Shown here piece by piece: positions 1 to 9,502 of a DNA stretch of 64,000 nt. Numbering within the stretch: position 1 is the stretch's first letter; each line of letters opens with the position of its first letter. The notes beneath the pieces are model-generated. The model was not told where the DNA came from. It saw nothing but the letters and a program-made list of their open reading frames with translations, and did not search any database. The stretch is from positions 993,788 through 1,057,787 of the forward strand of contig OZ240220.1 of assembly GCA_965197655.1 (NCBI GenBank), read 5' to 3'. The stretch comes from Dehalococcoidia bacterium. GTDB lineage: Bacteria; Chloroflexota; Dehalococcoidia; Lucifugimonadales; UBA3495. Made by a program: the position numbers and the translations under genes.

Positions 1-909
1 GCTGATGTCCCGTTCGCCCCACAGCGCCACGTTTTCCAGGGCGGTTACGCTGTGACCTCGAATCAACCGGGCCAGGCCGCAGATACGCTCTGCCAACTCC
101 GGGTTACGCTTGTGGGGCATTGACGAGGAGCCGGTTTGCCCCTGGCCGAAAGGTTCCTCCAGTTCGTGGAGTTCGGTGCGCTGCAAGGAGCGGATTTCGG
201 TGGCGAACTTTTCCAGGGAGGCGGCAATGAGGGCCAGGGTGGTGATGAAATGGGCGTACCGGTCTCGCTGGATGACCTGGTTGGAAACCGGGGCCACCTG
301 CAACCCCAACTGGCGACATACCCTATCTTCTACTGACGGCGGGATGGTGGCGTGGGTGCCTACCGCGCCGGAGATTTTGCCCACCCGGATGCTCTCGATG
401 GCATCCTGGAGGCGGGCCTGCTGGCGGCGCAGTTCTTCCCACCAGAGGGCCAGCTTCAGCCCGAAGGTCATCGGTTCGGCATGTACCCCGTGGGTGCGGC
501 CCATCATCATGGTGTCCTTGTAGGCTACTGCCTGCTTTTCCACCGTTTCAATGGCTTGAGCCAGTTCCTTTTGGAGCAACTCGCCGGCTTCCACCATTTG
601 CAGGCTCTGGGCCGTGTCCAGCATATCGGAAGAGGTCATACCCAAGTGCAGCCAGCGTCCCTCCGGCCCGATGCCCTCGGTGATCGAGGTCAGGAAGGCA
701 GTCACGTCGTGGCGGGTAATCTCGAACAGCTCCATCATCCGCTGATGGTTGTATTTGACCGGGCGGAGCCGGGCCAAGTCCTCGGCGGGGATTACGCCCT
801 CTTCGGCCCAGGCTTCGGCCACGGCCAACTCCACCTGGAGCCATTTTTCGTACTTGTTCTCATCCGACCAGACCTTCTTCATCGCCGGGCGGGAATATCG
901 ATCAATCAA
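1..909 (-). CDS. purB: Adenylosuccinate lyase, N-terminal ~303 codons (C-terminus lies beyond window start)
   Basis: My minus-strand translation gives (L)[26 protein letters not shown]...[10 protein letters not shown]...[11 protein letters not shown], the fumarate-lyase/PurB signature. TTG start at 909 follows GGGGGA. Absent from the ORF track because it runs off the edge. Confidence 0.9.
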   Translation of the reverse strand, partial: MIDRYSRPAMKKVWSDENKYEKWLQVELAVAEAWAEEGVIPAEDLARLRPVKYNHQRMMELFEITRHDVTAFLTSITEGIGPEGRWLHLGMTSSDMLDTAQSLQMVEAGELLQKELAQAIETVEKQAVAYKDTMMMGRTHGVHAEPMTFGLKLALWWEELRRQQARLQDAIESIRVGKISGAVGTHATIPPSVEDRVCRQLGLQVAPVSNQVIQRDRYAHFITTLALIAASLEKFATEIRSLQRTELHELEEPFGQGQTGSSSMPHKRNPELAERICGLARLIRGHSVTALENVALWGERDIS

Positions 910-1040
910 TCCTGTTCCCCCTAATGTTTTTCATTTATCCACGAAGGGCCACGAAGTTTCACGAAGGGCCTGTGTCTCTACGACGTTATTGAGGAATCAG
1001 CGTTATTGAGGAATCGGCGCCAATTCGGTTGGTTTATCCG

Positions 1041-1697
1041 TCAGGTTCCGGTCTGCCCAAATAATTCTTTGGTTGCGGCCAGCACGTCGCCGAAGTCGGT
1101 GAAAGGCTGAAAAGGAACCTTTTGACGTTGGCATTCCTCGGCCAGGAAACTGTGGGCAAAGACGGTGTCGGCTATTTTCGCCGCCTCAAAATCAGAACGG
1201 CCATCCCCTACATAGATTACGTGATACCCCAACTGCCGGTAGCGGTCAACGACCAGGCCCTTGGAGTTGCCCCGGCCTTCTTCCCCCGGGTAGGCGTGGT
1301 GGTAGTAGTAAGAGATGCCCTGCGGGGTGAACCGGGTGTTCACGCAATATACCGGCACGTCCGGCGCGCCCTCCTTTTCCAGCAGGGCTTTGATATAGAA
1401 ATCCAGGCCCAGGCTGACCACTGCCATCGGGCTGTTCAATTGCTGGCAGTAGTCCCATAACTCGGTGAAGTGGCGGCGCAGGTTGGCGTTTTCCTTAACA
1501 TAAGCCTGCATCGTGGCTCGGTCGGCGCGGATATTGCGGAAGGTAATTTCCTGGTAGTCCTTCAGCGACAGCTCGCCGTCGCGGAACCGGGCGCGAACAT
1601 CCTGCCAGGTGTCATCGCCGAACCGGCGCAGCAACATTTCCGCCACGTTCTGGACGGCGGCGGTGTCGTCAAAATCGGTGAGGATGGCGGGAATCAA
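1041..1697 (-). CDS. HAD-superfamily phosphatase, MtnX/PSP-like subfamily
   Basis: Motifs LTDFDDT (DxDxT), VSLGLDFY and YVGDGRSDFEAAK. Overall layout resembles B. subtilis MtnX. I placed the start at TTG 1697, 12 nt after the purE stop; the track's longer ORF overlaps purE. Confidence 0.6.
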   Translation of the reverse strand: MIPAILTDFDDTAAVQNVAEMLLRRFGDDTWQDVRARFRDGELSLKDYQEITFRNIRADRATMQAYVKENANLRRHFTELWDYCQQLNSPMAVVSLGLDFYIKALLEKEGAPDVPVYCVNTRFTPQGISYYYHHAYPGEEGRGNSKGLVVDRYRQLGYHVIYVGDGRSDFEAAKIADTVFAHSFLAEECQRQKVPFQPFTDFGDVLAATKELFGQTGT

Positions 1698-1708
1698 GCT
1701 AATGCTCC

Positions 1709-2167
1709 TTAACGCTCCCGTAATTGCTGCCGGTAATTCTCGTAAGCCTGCCGGATATGGTCGTGCCGCAGCCCGAGGATTTCGGCGGCGAAGAAAGCGG
1801 CGTTGCGCGCCCCCCAAGCGCCCACGGCCATGCAGGCGACCGGAATGCCCGGCGGCATCTGTGCGGTGGCGAGCAGGGAGTCCATACCGTTAAGCTCGCT
1901 GGAGGCCAGGGGAATTCCAATCACCGGCAGGGTGGTCCAGGAGGCCAGGACGCCCCCCAGGGCCGCCGAACCGCCGGCGGCGGAAATAAGCACTTCGATG
2001 CCCCGCTCCCGGGCCGTGGTGGCGTATTCCTGCACCCGCTCCGGCGTCCGGTGGGCCGACATTACCCGCACTTCGTAATCTACGTTCATTTGTTCCAGGA
2101 CTTCCAGCGTCTCCTTGACCACGGGTTCATCCGAGGCGCTGCCCATCACTACTCCGACTAATGGCAC
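1709..2167 (-). CDS. purE: N5-carboxyaminoimidazole ribonucleotide mutase
   Basis: VGVVMGSASD...MSAHRTPE...AGGSAALGGVLAS...PVIGIP, a classic PurE pattern. Confidence 0.93.
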   Translation of the reverse strand: MPLVGVVMGSASDEPVVKETLEVLEQMNVDYEVRVMSAHRTPERVQEYATTARERGIEVLISAAGGSAALGGVLASWTTLPVIGIPLASSELNGMDSLLATAQMPPGIPVACMAVGAWGARNAAFFAAEILGLRHDHIRQAYENYRQQLRER

Positions 2168-2204
2168 AACAAAATCCCTTCCATTTCAAGATTTGAGAAT
2201 AGAG

Positions 2205-2690
2205 CTAAAGGTCAATTTCTTCCTTGAAAGCCTCAATTACGGCCCGCTCCAGGACTTCCCGCTGCTGACGTACTTCTTCGCCGTTCACCAGCAAGTAGAT
2301 CCGGTCGTCGGCTTTCCCAAGCTCCACGTCAATGGCGCACTCTACGGCTTCTTCCCAGGACAGGGAAAAACGAAGTTCCTCGCCATCCGCATATTCATCG
2401 TCGTCCTCTTCCTCTTCACCGTCGTCATCGTCATCATCGTCAAAGTCGAACTCATCCTCGGCTTCTTCGAAGTACTCCAAATCGGAGGACGATTCAACTA
2501 TCCCACTGCCGCCCAGGAGGATCTCGTTTACGTCCACCAGCAGTTGGGCGATTTGGAGCGAGGCGGCCAACTGGTAAAGTTCTTCCCGTTCCTGTAAGAG
2601 TTCGTCATCATCCACGGGATCGCCCAACGATTGGGTGCGGGCCACTTCCACTTCACCGCGCAATTCTGACAATGTTTCCCGCCAAGCCAT
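2205..2690 (-). CDS. Hypothetical hyper-acidic protein
   Basis: 161-aa ORF with the run FDFDDDDDDDGEEEEDDDEYADGEE. Co-directional and tightly spaced inside the pur gene string. I recognise no family. Confidence 0.55.
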   Translation of the reverse strand: MAWRETLSELRGEVEVARTQSLGDPVDDDELLQEREELYQLAASLQIAQLLVDVNEILLGGSGIVESSSDLEYFEEAEDEFDFDDDDDDDGEEEEDDDEYADGEELRFSLSWEEAVECAIDVELGKADDRIYLLVNGEEVRQQREVLERAVIEAFKEEIDL

Positions 2691-2758
2691 ACCGCCCTCC
2701 CGACAGTTTAATGGTCTTGTTAACCGCCGGCCAAGGTTATGCCGGCGGTACTCTTAAT

Positions 2759-3346
2759 TCATGACTTACCGAGGCGACTCACAAAATAACAGAATTCGTC
2801 AACTTCCCGATAGTCGGCCAAGCCGTGCATGGTGCGTACCCGCTGCAAGCCGTCCAGCAAATCCAGGTAGCGCAGCCCCAAGTGCCCCTTGCCCAGTGTC
2901 TTGGGATAAAGGCCGAGCCGCCGCAGAGTACGCTCGGCGGCCGGGTTCCACACGGCCAGCAAGCCCGGCTGTCTCAAGCAGAGCAGGTAGGAAATGAACT
3001 CCTTGCCCGCTCCGGCCAGTCTATAGGCCCCCATTTCGGACACACATTCGTTGAAACGCGCTTCCAGAGTGATACTATCATAGAGCAAGAAATCGAGGGT
3101 ATCCCTAACCTCGGCAATCGGGTTAACGGCAAAATGCTTGCTCCGGCTGCCCCCGGAGGCGCGGTACAAGGCCCGGCCCTGTTCCTCGGTCAGGGAGGGC
3201 AGTTCGTCTTCCGAAAGCCAGGTTGCCAACTCACCGGCTCGCTGCCAGTGACGTTTCCAGTAACGAGCCAACGCACCTTCCCGTTCGGCTTGGCGGTAGG
3301 CTTCGGCCAGGGCAAAGCGGTCAGCGGAGACAGTTCCGGCGCTCAT
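2759..3346 (-). CDS. Hypothetical protein
   Basis: 195-aa ORF whose ATG overlaps the purD stop by 4 nt (translational coupling). No recognisable motif. Confidence 0.6.
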   Translation of the reverse strand: MSAGTVSADRFALAEAYRQAEREGALARYWKRHWQRAGELATWLSEDELPSLTEEQGRALYRASGGSRSKHFAVNPIAEVRDTLDFLLYDSITLEARFNECVSEMGAYRLAGAGKEFISYLLCLRQPGLLAVWNPAAERTLRRLGLYPKTLGKGHLGLRYLDLLDGLQRVRTMHGLADYREVDEFCYFVSRLGKS

Positions 3347-4629
3347 ACACCCTTCCGGCAGCCAGTGGATAGGTCGCCAATATCCCGGCGGTAGTAGGCG
3401 TTCTGGAAGTGTATCTGTTCCGCTCTCCGATAAGCTGCTTCCCTTGCTTGGGGCAGCGAATCGCCCCGGCCCACTGCGGTCAGCACCCGCCCACCGCTGG
3501 TAACTACCCGTCCGCCGTTATCAGCAGTTAGTTGAGTGCCGGCCTGGAATACTATAGTATCCGAATCTTCTTCATTCAGCCCGGTTATCTCCAGCCCGGT
3601 CGCGTAAGGGCCGGGGTAGCCGCCGGATACCATTACCACCCCGAGGTGGGCCTGGGCGCCCCAACAGACCTGGGTTTGGGAGAGATTGCCTTCAATGCAA
3701 GCGGTCATAACTTCGATAGGGTCGCTTTCCAGCAAAGGCAGGATTACCTGGGTCTCCGGGTCGCCAAACCTGCAATTGAACTCCAGGACTCTCGGGCCGC
3801 TTTGGGTAAACATAAGGCCGGCGTAAAGCATACCCCGGTAAGGGGCGCCCTGCTGAGCCATCGCTCCGATAATCGGCTCCATAATCGTCCGGCTGACCTC
3901 TTCCGCCAGTTGTGGGTTCCAGAAAACCGGGGGCGTGAAGCTGCCCATTCCCCCGGTGTTCGGCCCGGTGTCGCCTTCCCCGATTGGCTTGTAGTCGCAG
4001 GCGGCAACCAGGTTAGAGACGTTTTCTCCGTCGCTGAACCCGAAAACGCTGACCTCCGCTCCTCGTAGCCATTCCTCGATAACGACTATATCCCCGGCGG
4101 CTCCGAAGATACGGTCATCCATGCAGCCCATTACCGCAATGACAGCCTCTTCGGTGCTGGAACAAAGGGCGACGCCCTTTCCCGCTGCCAGCCCGTCCGC
4201 CTTGACCACCACCTGCCCTCCATGAGAGTGGAGGAAGTCCAGGGCCAGAGATCGGTCGCGGAAAACTCGGTATTCAGGGCTGGGAATCCCGGCATCCTGC
4301 ATAACCTGGCGAGCAAAGCTCTTGCTGGCCTCCAGTTGGGCGGCGGCTCGGCTTGGGCCAAAAGCGGGAATGCCGATAGAACCCAGCCGGTCAACCAGGC
4401 CGTCGGCCAGGGGTTGTTCCGGCCCGACTACCACAAGGTCAACGCCCAGTGACCGGGCGGCATCGGCCACGGCAGCCACGTCCTCCGGGTTGACCTTCAG
4501 GTTGGTTGCAACCTGGGCAGTGCCGGCGTTGCCCCCGGCTACCCAGAGGTCCGTTAAACGGGGACTGCGCTTCAACCGCCAGGCCAGGGCGTGTTCCCGC
4601 CCGCCGGAACCGACTAACAAGACTTTCAA
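3343..4629 (-). CDS. purD: Phosphoribosylamine-glycine ligase
   Basis: MKVLLVGSGGREHALAWRL... plus an ATP-grasp region and C-terminal GGRVL motif. TTG start. Confidence 0.93.
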   Translation of the reverse strand: MKVLLVGSGGREHALAWRLKRSPRLTDLWVAGGNAGTAQVATNLKVNPEDVAAVADAARSLGVDLVVVGPEQPLADGLVDRLGSIGIPAFGPSRAAAQLEASKSFARQVMQDAGIPSPEYRVFRDRSLALDFLHSHGGQVVVKADGLAAGKGVALCSSTEEAVIAVMGCMDDRIFGAAGDIVVIEEWLRGAEVSVFGFSDGENVSNLVAACDYKPIGEGDTGPNTGGMGSFTPPVFWNPQLAEEVSRTIMEPIIGAMAQQGAPYRGMLYAGLMFTQSGPRVLEFNCRFGDPETQVILPLLESDPIEVMTACIEGNLSQTQVCWGAQAHLGVVMVSGGYPGPYATGLEITGLNEEDSDTIVFQAGTQLTADNGGRVVTSGGRVLTAVGRGDSLPQAREAAYRRAEQIHFQNAYYRRDIGDLSTGCRKGV

Positions 4630-4810
4630 GGGTTAAAATTGTCTCCTTTAGCGCCGCAACGTGCCGGGGGAATAGTGTTGAGTAACCCGCATTGGAAAGG
4701 CAAATCGGCTACGTTGGTTCATCTTCTCGCGGATAGTCGGACGGCCAGGGGTTTTCACCGGGTGAATAAGCCCTGGTTTCTATGGAAATTCCTTCCGGAT
4801 TTCCATTACC

Positions 4811-6424
4811 TTATTCCCACTCAATAGTGCCTGGGGGTTTGCTGGTGATGTCATAGACGACCCGGTTGACCCCGCCTACCTCATTGACAATTCGGCTGGA
4901 GATGCGGGCCAGGACCTCATAGGGAAGGCGCACCCAATCGGCGGTCATGGCGTCGTTGCTCGACACCGCCCGGATGGCGCACACATAACCGTAAGTCCGG
5001 TAATCCCCCATTACTCCCACAGTGCGGCTGTCGCTGAGTACCGCAAAGCTTTGCCAAATCTCCTCATAGAGTCCGGCCCTTTCCACCTCGTCCAGCACAA
5101 TCCAGTCACATTCCCGCAGGATTTCCAACCGTTCCTCGGTAACCTCTCCGATGATACGGATAGCTAGGCCGGGACCGGGGAAGGGTTGGCGCATAACTAT
5201 TTCCCGGGGCAGGCCCAGTTCCAGCCCAACCTCGCGCACTTCGTCCTTGTACAGGTAACGCAGCGGTTCAACCAGCGACAGTTTCATATAGTCGGGCAGG
5301 CCGCCCACGTTGTGGTGCGACTTGATTCGGGCGGAGGCCCGATTCTCCGGCGTCTCGCTCTCGATTACGTCGGGATACAGGGTACCCTGGGCCAGAAACT
5401 CGGTGTCGCTCAACTCGGCGGCGGATTCCTCAAATACCCGGATGAACGCTTCCCCGATGGCCTTGCGCTTTACTTCCGGGTCGGTTACACCCTCCAGACG
5501 GGACAAAAAGCGCTGGGAGGCGTCCACGTAGAGGAGGTTGAGGCCGAGATTCTGCCGGTAGGTTTCCTGTACCTGTTCCGCCTCGTCTTTGCGGAGCAGG
5601 CCGTTGTTCACGAAAATGCAGGTCAGGTTGTCGCCGATGGCCCGGTGCAGCAGCACGGCGGCTACCGAGGAATCCACCCCGCCGGAAAGGGCGCAGATGA
5701 CCCGTCCCGTTCCGACCTGTTCCCGGATGCGGTTCACCGAGTCGGCAACAAAGTTCTCCGGCGTCCAGGTGCCCCGGCAGCCACAGACCCGGAAGAGAAA
5801 GTTATCCAGGATGGTCTGTCCCAGGGGCGTATGCTGGACTTCGGGATGAAACTGAAGCCCGAAAATGCCGGCGCCGTTGCTGATGGCGGCATTCGGCGAG
5901 TTCTCGGTGCCGGCCAGGGAGGTGAATCCTGGGGGCAACAGGTCAACCCGGTCACCGTGGCTCATCCAGACCTGGAAGGAATCAGGCATATCGTAGAGCA
6001 GGGATTCGGTGGCTTGAAGGGTCGGCCCAGAGCTTTCCTGGGTTAGCGATGCTGAGCCGTACTCCCGCTTCTCGCCCGGGGCCACCTTGCCGCCCAACTG
6101 GTGTACCAGGGCCTGCATTCCGTAGCAGATGCCCAGGGCCGGCAGGTTGTGTTCGAAAACCCAGTCGGGGACCAGCGGTGCGTCGGGTTCATAAACGCTG
6201 GCCGGGCCACCGGAGAGGATCACCCCTTTTGGAATAATTCTTTGGGTAACCACTTCCCAGGTTGAAGAAGCCGAGACCACTTCGGAGTAAACCTTCGATT
6301 CCCGGGCGCGGCGGGCAATCAGGTGACTGTATTGGGAGCCGAAATCTATGATGACGATGCCTTCGCCCACCGACCGGCTCGTGTTTTGGGTATCCCTGGC
6401 ATTGGCTCTTGGGCTGCTGACCAT
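4811..6424 (-). CDS. guaA: GMP synthase (glutamine-hydrolysing)
   Basis: GATase domain (ICYGMQ, HPE) followed by the ATP-PPase loop SGGVDSSV and C-terminal PPGTIEWE. Confidence 0.95.
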   Translation of the reverse strand: MVSSPRANARDTQNTSRSVGEGIVIIDFGSQYSHLIARRARESKVYSEVVSASSTWEVVTQRIIPKGVILSGGPASVYEPDAPLVPDWVFEHNLPALGICYGMQALVHQLGGKVAPGEKREYGSASLTQESSGPTLQATESLLYDMPDSFQVWMSHGDRVDLLPPGFTSLAGTENSPNAAISNGAGIFGLQFHPEVQHTPLGQTILDNFLFRVCGCRGTWTPENFVADSVNRIREQVGTGRVICALSGGVDSSVAAVLLHRAIGDNLTCIFVNNGLLRKDEAEQVQETYRQNLGLNLLYVDASQRFLSRLEGVTDPEVKRKAIGEAFIRVFEESAAELSDTEFLAQGTLYPDVIESETPENRASARIKSHHNVGGLPDYMKLSLVEPLRYLYKDEVREVGLELGLPREIVMRQPFPGPGLAIRIIGEVTEERLEILRECDWIVLDEVERAGLYEEIWQSFAVLSDSRTVGVMGDYRTYGYVCAIRAVSSNDAMTADWVRLPYEVLARISSRIVNEVGGVNRVVYDITSKPPGTIEWE

Positions 6425-6450
6425 CGAGTCCTTCTCGGCCGTCCCATGCG

Positions 6451-6495
6451 CGGCCTGCGTCCAATTGGCCTGTCTCCAGTTGGCCTGTCCCCAAT
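6451..6495. repeat. Three tandem 15-bp repeats YGGCCTGYSYCCARt in the guaA leader
   Basis: cggcctgcgtccaat / tggcctgtctccagt / tggcctgtccccaat are directly adjacent, 27-71 nt upstream of the guaA start. Confidence 0.8.
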
Positions 6496-6585
6496 CGGAA
6501 ATTAGCGGATTTCCATAGGAAAATATACCACACGGCGCATTTCGTTGCTACTTCAACCCGGTGGGTCTATGGGGTATTTTGGTGG

Positions 6586-6700
6586 GCATTCTGAGGAGTG
6601 GAGCGATGAAGAACCCGAACCCGTTTTACCGACCATTTGCCCGGCGCAGGCAGCGGTTCTGGCTGAAAGATTTTGGATTCTTCGCTCCGCTCAGAATGAC
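6586..6700. repeat. Palindromic repeat family B (termini CATTCTGAGCGGAGCGAAGAATCC)
   Basis: Inverted termini cattctgaggagtggagcgatgaagaaccc ... ggattcttcgctccgctcagaatgac. Other copies at 17485-17653, 40712-40840 and 59134-59269. Confidence 0.85.
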
Positions 6701-6739
6701 ACCGGAAGACGGATGAAAATAGAAGACCCTGTTTAACCG

Positions 6740-6869
6740 CAGGGTCTTTCGGTTCTCGACGGAGTTGGCGGGATGCAGAGGGCAACCACAAGGGTTGCCC
6801 CTACGCCCAGGATTCTGTTGGTAGGGGCTGCCCTTGTGGCAGCCCAGGGAGAAGAACCGAAAGACCCTG
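6740..6869. repeat. Palindromic repeat family C (termini CAGGGTCTTTCGGTTCTC)
   Basis: cagggtctttcggttctc ... gagaagaaccgaaagaccctg with core gggttgcccctacgcccagga. Near-identical copy at 10731-10864. Confidence 0.85.
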
Positions 6870-6962
6870 TTGTAACCCGGCCAAGTGGTTTACAATATAT
6901 ACGAGTTCTGCTATATTCTTGGTGCTGGATACATCATGGGCCTGTACTTCAGCCGTTGGTGT

Positions 6963-7039
6963 GGCGCATTCGTCTAGCGGCCCAGGACACCGCCCTCTCA
7001 AGGCGGAGATCAGGGGTTCGAATCCCCTATGCGCTACCA
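6963..7039 (+). tRNA. tRNA-Glu (anticodon CUC), CCA encoded
   Basis: I folded the cloverleaf by hand: acceptor GGCGCAT/ATGCGCT (G1-U72 wobble), D arm GTCT..GGAC, anticodon stem CCGCC/GGCGG with loop CTCTCAA, T arm AGGGG-TTCGAAT-CCCCT. Very close to E. coli tRNA-Glu. Confidence 0.9.
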
Positions 7040-7171
7040 ACCTTTTCTTCCTTCTTTTCTCCCTTTACGGTTTAACCTGTTCCCCTTTTGCTTCCAGCCT
7101 ATCTTTTTGTCCTCTGAGCCATACCCCTCCGGGATTCCTCCAACCGCTTTCGGTTAAGCTATACTCTTCCC

Positions 7172-8047
7172 ATGACCACATTATCGCTGGTTTTGGTGTT
7201 GTTGGCTGCCGTTGCCCATTCTTCCTGGAACTTGCTGATCAAGCGTTCCGGCAACAAGGAAATCTTTGTTTGGTCGTTGCTGGTCAGCGGGAGTGTGCTG
7301 ATGGCGCCGCTGGGTGTGGCGCTGCTCTGGTTCAACCCGGTACAGCAGCCCGGCTGGTGGCTGGTCCTGGCCACGGTGATAACCCATACCTTTTACTCAA
7401 TCCTGCTGGGACGCGGCTACGCCCGGGGAGACCTTTCCCTGGTGTATCCCGTCGCCCGCGGGGTTGGCCCGATGCTGGTTCCCATATTGGCAGTATTGAC
7501 CCTGGGGGAGCAAATCGAGTTGCCGGCCATTATGGGCATTGTCTCAATCATCGCCGGCATCTATCTTGTGTCCTGGTGGGGCCGATTTCGGCGGATTTTC
7601 CATCACCCAATGGAGCTGATTAGAGACGGTGGTTTCCGGTACGCCGTCCTGACCGGGCTGACCATTACGATTTATACTCTGGTGGACAAGCGAGGGGTGG
7701 AATATGTCCAACCCTTTCTGTACGTTTACCTGCTCAACCTGGGAGCGGCGATTGGTTTGGTTCCCTACATATTGCGTAACCACGGGCCGGCCCGGGTGTG
7801 GCAGGAGTGGCGCTTGAATCCCTGGTCCATAGTCGCCGCCGGGGTACTTCTATTCATTGCCTACGGCCTGGTATTGACCGCATTCTCGTTGTCACGGGTC
7901 AGCTATGTTGGCCCGGCCCGGGAAGTTGGAATAGTCATCGGCGTACTGATGGGCGTCTTTATCCTGAAGGAACCCTTCGGGTTGGGCCGACTGCTCGGCT
8001 CCGGCTTTATCGTCCTAGGCCTGGCCCTTATCGCACTGTCTCCATAA
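7172..8047 (+). CDS. EamA/DMT-superfamily transporter
   Basis: 291 aa with about 10 hydrophobic helices and the two-EamA-repeat architecture. Confidence 0.75.
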   Translation: MTTLSLVLVLLAAVAHSSWNLLIKRSGNKEIFVWSLLVSGSVLMAPLGVALLWFNPVQQPGWWLVLATVITHTFYSILLGRGYARGDLSLVYPVARGVGPMLVPILAVLTLGEQIELPAIMGIVSIIAGIYLVSWWGRFRRIFHHPMELIRDGGFRYAVLTGLTITIYTLVDKRGVEYVQPFLYVYLLNLGAAIGLVPYILRNHGPARVWQEWRLNPWSIVAAGVLLFIAYGLVLTAFSLSRVSYVGPAREVGIVIGVLMGVFILKEPFGLGRLLGSGFIVLGLALIALSP

Positions 8048-8132
8048 AGCCGGCCCGTACACCTTGGGTGTGTTGGTGGAATGTTATAATGCGGGCAGAC
8101 CCGTTAATCGGGCAGTCAACGTGAGGTAATTT

Positions 8133-9218
8133 GTGATGATAAATCAGGAAAGACTGGTAAACTCTTTCTGCGACCTGGTACGCATAGACAGCCCCTCCAA
8201 CGAAGAAGAGGAGGTCGCCCAACACCTGACCGGGCGGCTGACCAAGCTCGGCTTTACGGTAGAACGAGATGCCCACGGCAATGTGATTGCCTCGGAACCG
8301 GGCGACAGGCCGCTGCTCCTCTCCGCCCACATGGATACGGTTGAACCGGGCCGGGGTATTGTGCCACTAATCCAGGGCGACCGCATTGTCTCCGAGGGCC
8401 AGACCGTTTTGGGCGGCGACTGCAAAGCCGGCATCGCGGCAATTCTGGAAGGGCTGGAGTCGGTGGTGGATGATGGAGTAGCCCGCCGTCCGGTGCAGGC
8501 CGTCTTTACCCGTGGCGAGGAAATAGGACTGGTGGGAGCCACCAACCTGGACTATTCGATGATTCGGGCTTTGGAAGCGGTGGTGTTCGACGGCAACGGC
8601 CCGGTGAATACGATAACCGGCTCCAGTCCTACCTATATGAGCTTTGACGTAACGGTCAAAGGCCGGGGCGCCCACGCCGGCGTTGAGCCGGAAAAGGGCC
8701 TTTCTGCCATCCGAATCGCCTCAGAGATAATTGGCGAATTGCCGCAAGGCCGCCTTGACCCCGAAAGCACCTTTAACGTAGGACTCATCTCCGGCGGCAC
8801 GGTGCGCAACGCCGTCCCGGTGGAGGCGGTGTTTGGCGGTGAATTCCGCAGCCGCAACACCGAGACCTTCGACCTGCTTAAAGTGCAGCTACAGGCCACG
8901 CTGGAGCAGGCCCGCCAGAAGTACCGGGACGCGACCATCGAGGAGGAACTGGAAGTCCTGTTCCATATGTATAACCTGGACCCGGAAGAGGCAGTGGTGC
9001 GGATGACGCGACGGATAATGGAGAATATGGACCTGGTGCCCGACATCCGGCCCTCCGGCGGCGGCACCGATGGCAACGTGATGCGGAGGCAGGGCATCCA
9101 GAGCGTGGTGGTGGGAATGTCCACCAATGAAATGCACACGGTGGACGAATACGTGGTTATCCCTGACCTGGTGAATACGGCTGCCTTCTGCCGGAGGCTG
9201 ATAACTGACGGGTATTAG
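8133..9218 (+). CDS. M20-family metallopeptidase (PepT/tripeptidase-like)
   Basis: SAHMDTV, GGDCKAG and FTRGEEIGLVGA metal/catalytic motifs. Start is GTG 8133 or ATG 8136. Confidence 0.8.
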   Translation: MMINQERLVNSFCDLVRIDSPSNEEEEVAQHLTGRLTKLGFTVERDAHGNVIASEPGDRPLLLSAHMDTVEPGRGIVPLIQGDRIVSEGQTVLGGDCKAGIAAILEGLESVVDDGVARRPVQAVFTRGEEIGLVGATNLDYSMIRALEAVVFDGNGPVNTITGSSPTYMSFDVTVKGRGAHAGVEPEKGLSAIRIASEIIGELPQGRLDPESTFNVGLISGGTVRNAVPVEAVFGGEFRSRNTETFDLLKVQLQATLEQARQKYRDATIEEELEVLFHMYNLDPEEAVVRMTRRIMENMDLVPDIRPSGGGTDGNVMRRQGIQSVVVGMSTNEMHTVDEYVVIPDLVNTAAFCRRLITDGY

Positions 9219-9251
9219 CCGGCGCAACGTGTGTCGGTATAACTACGCTGT

Positions 9252-9287
9252 AGGGGCGGGTTTGAAACCTGCCCTGTTTTCATCTTT
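9252..9287 (+). terminator. Hairpin plus T-tract after the peptidase gene (family F repeat copy)
   Basis: aggggcgggttt-g-aaacctgccct followed by gttttcatcttt. Confidence 0.45.
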
Positions 9288-9403
9288 AACAATTTGTTTG
9301 CTACGGAGCAACTCCCGGCGTCACCTTAGCTAAAGAAGAGCGATACTTGGACGGGTTTCAAACCATCTGTTCCGACTAACGCGAGTGCTCATCGCTAAGA
9401 CAA

Positions 9404-9443
9404 CTTATCCGTCGTTCCTGCGAAGGCAGGAACGACGGATAAG
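9404..9443. repeat. Family A hairpin, single-arm version
   Basis: Perfect 18-bp stem cttatccgtcgttcctgc / gcaggaacgacggataag with GAAG loop. Followed at 9465-9483 by a solo IS5-type end (acttattcagaggtttcc). Confidence 0.85.
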
Positions 9444-9502
9444 TGTAAACATCACGAGTCACGGACTTATTCAGAGGTTTCCCCTAGAAGCCGGTAGGTT
9501 GA

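Noticed and set aside
2332-2577. Ser-rich 81-aa plus-strand ORF
   Set aside because: It is the antisense of the poly-Asp/Glu tract of the acidic protein gene (GAN codons read as NTC/Ser).
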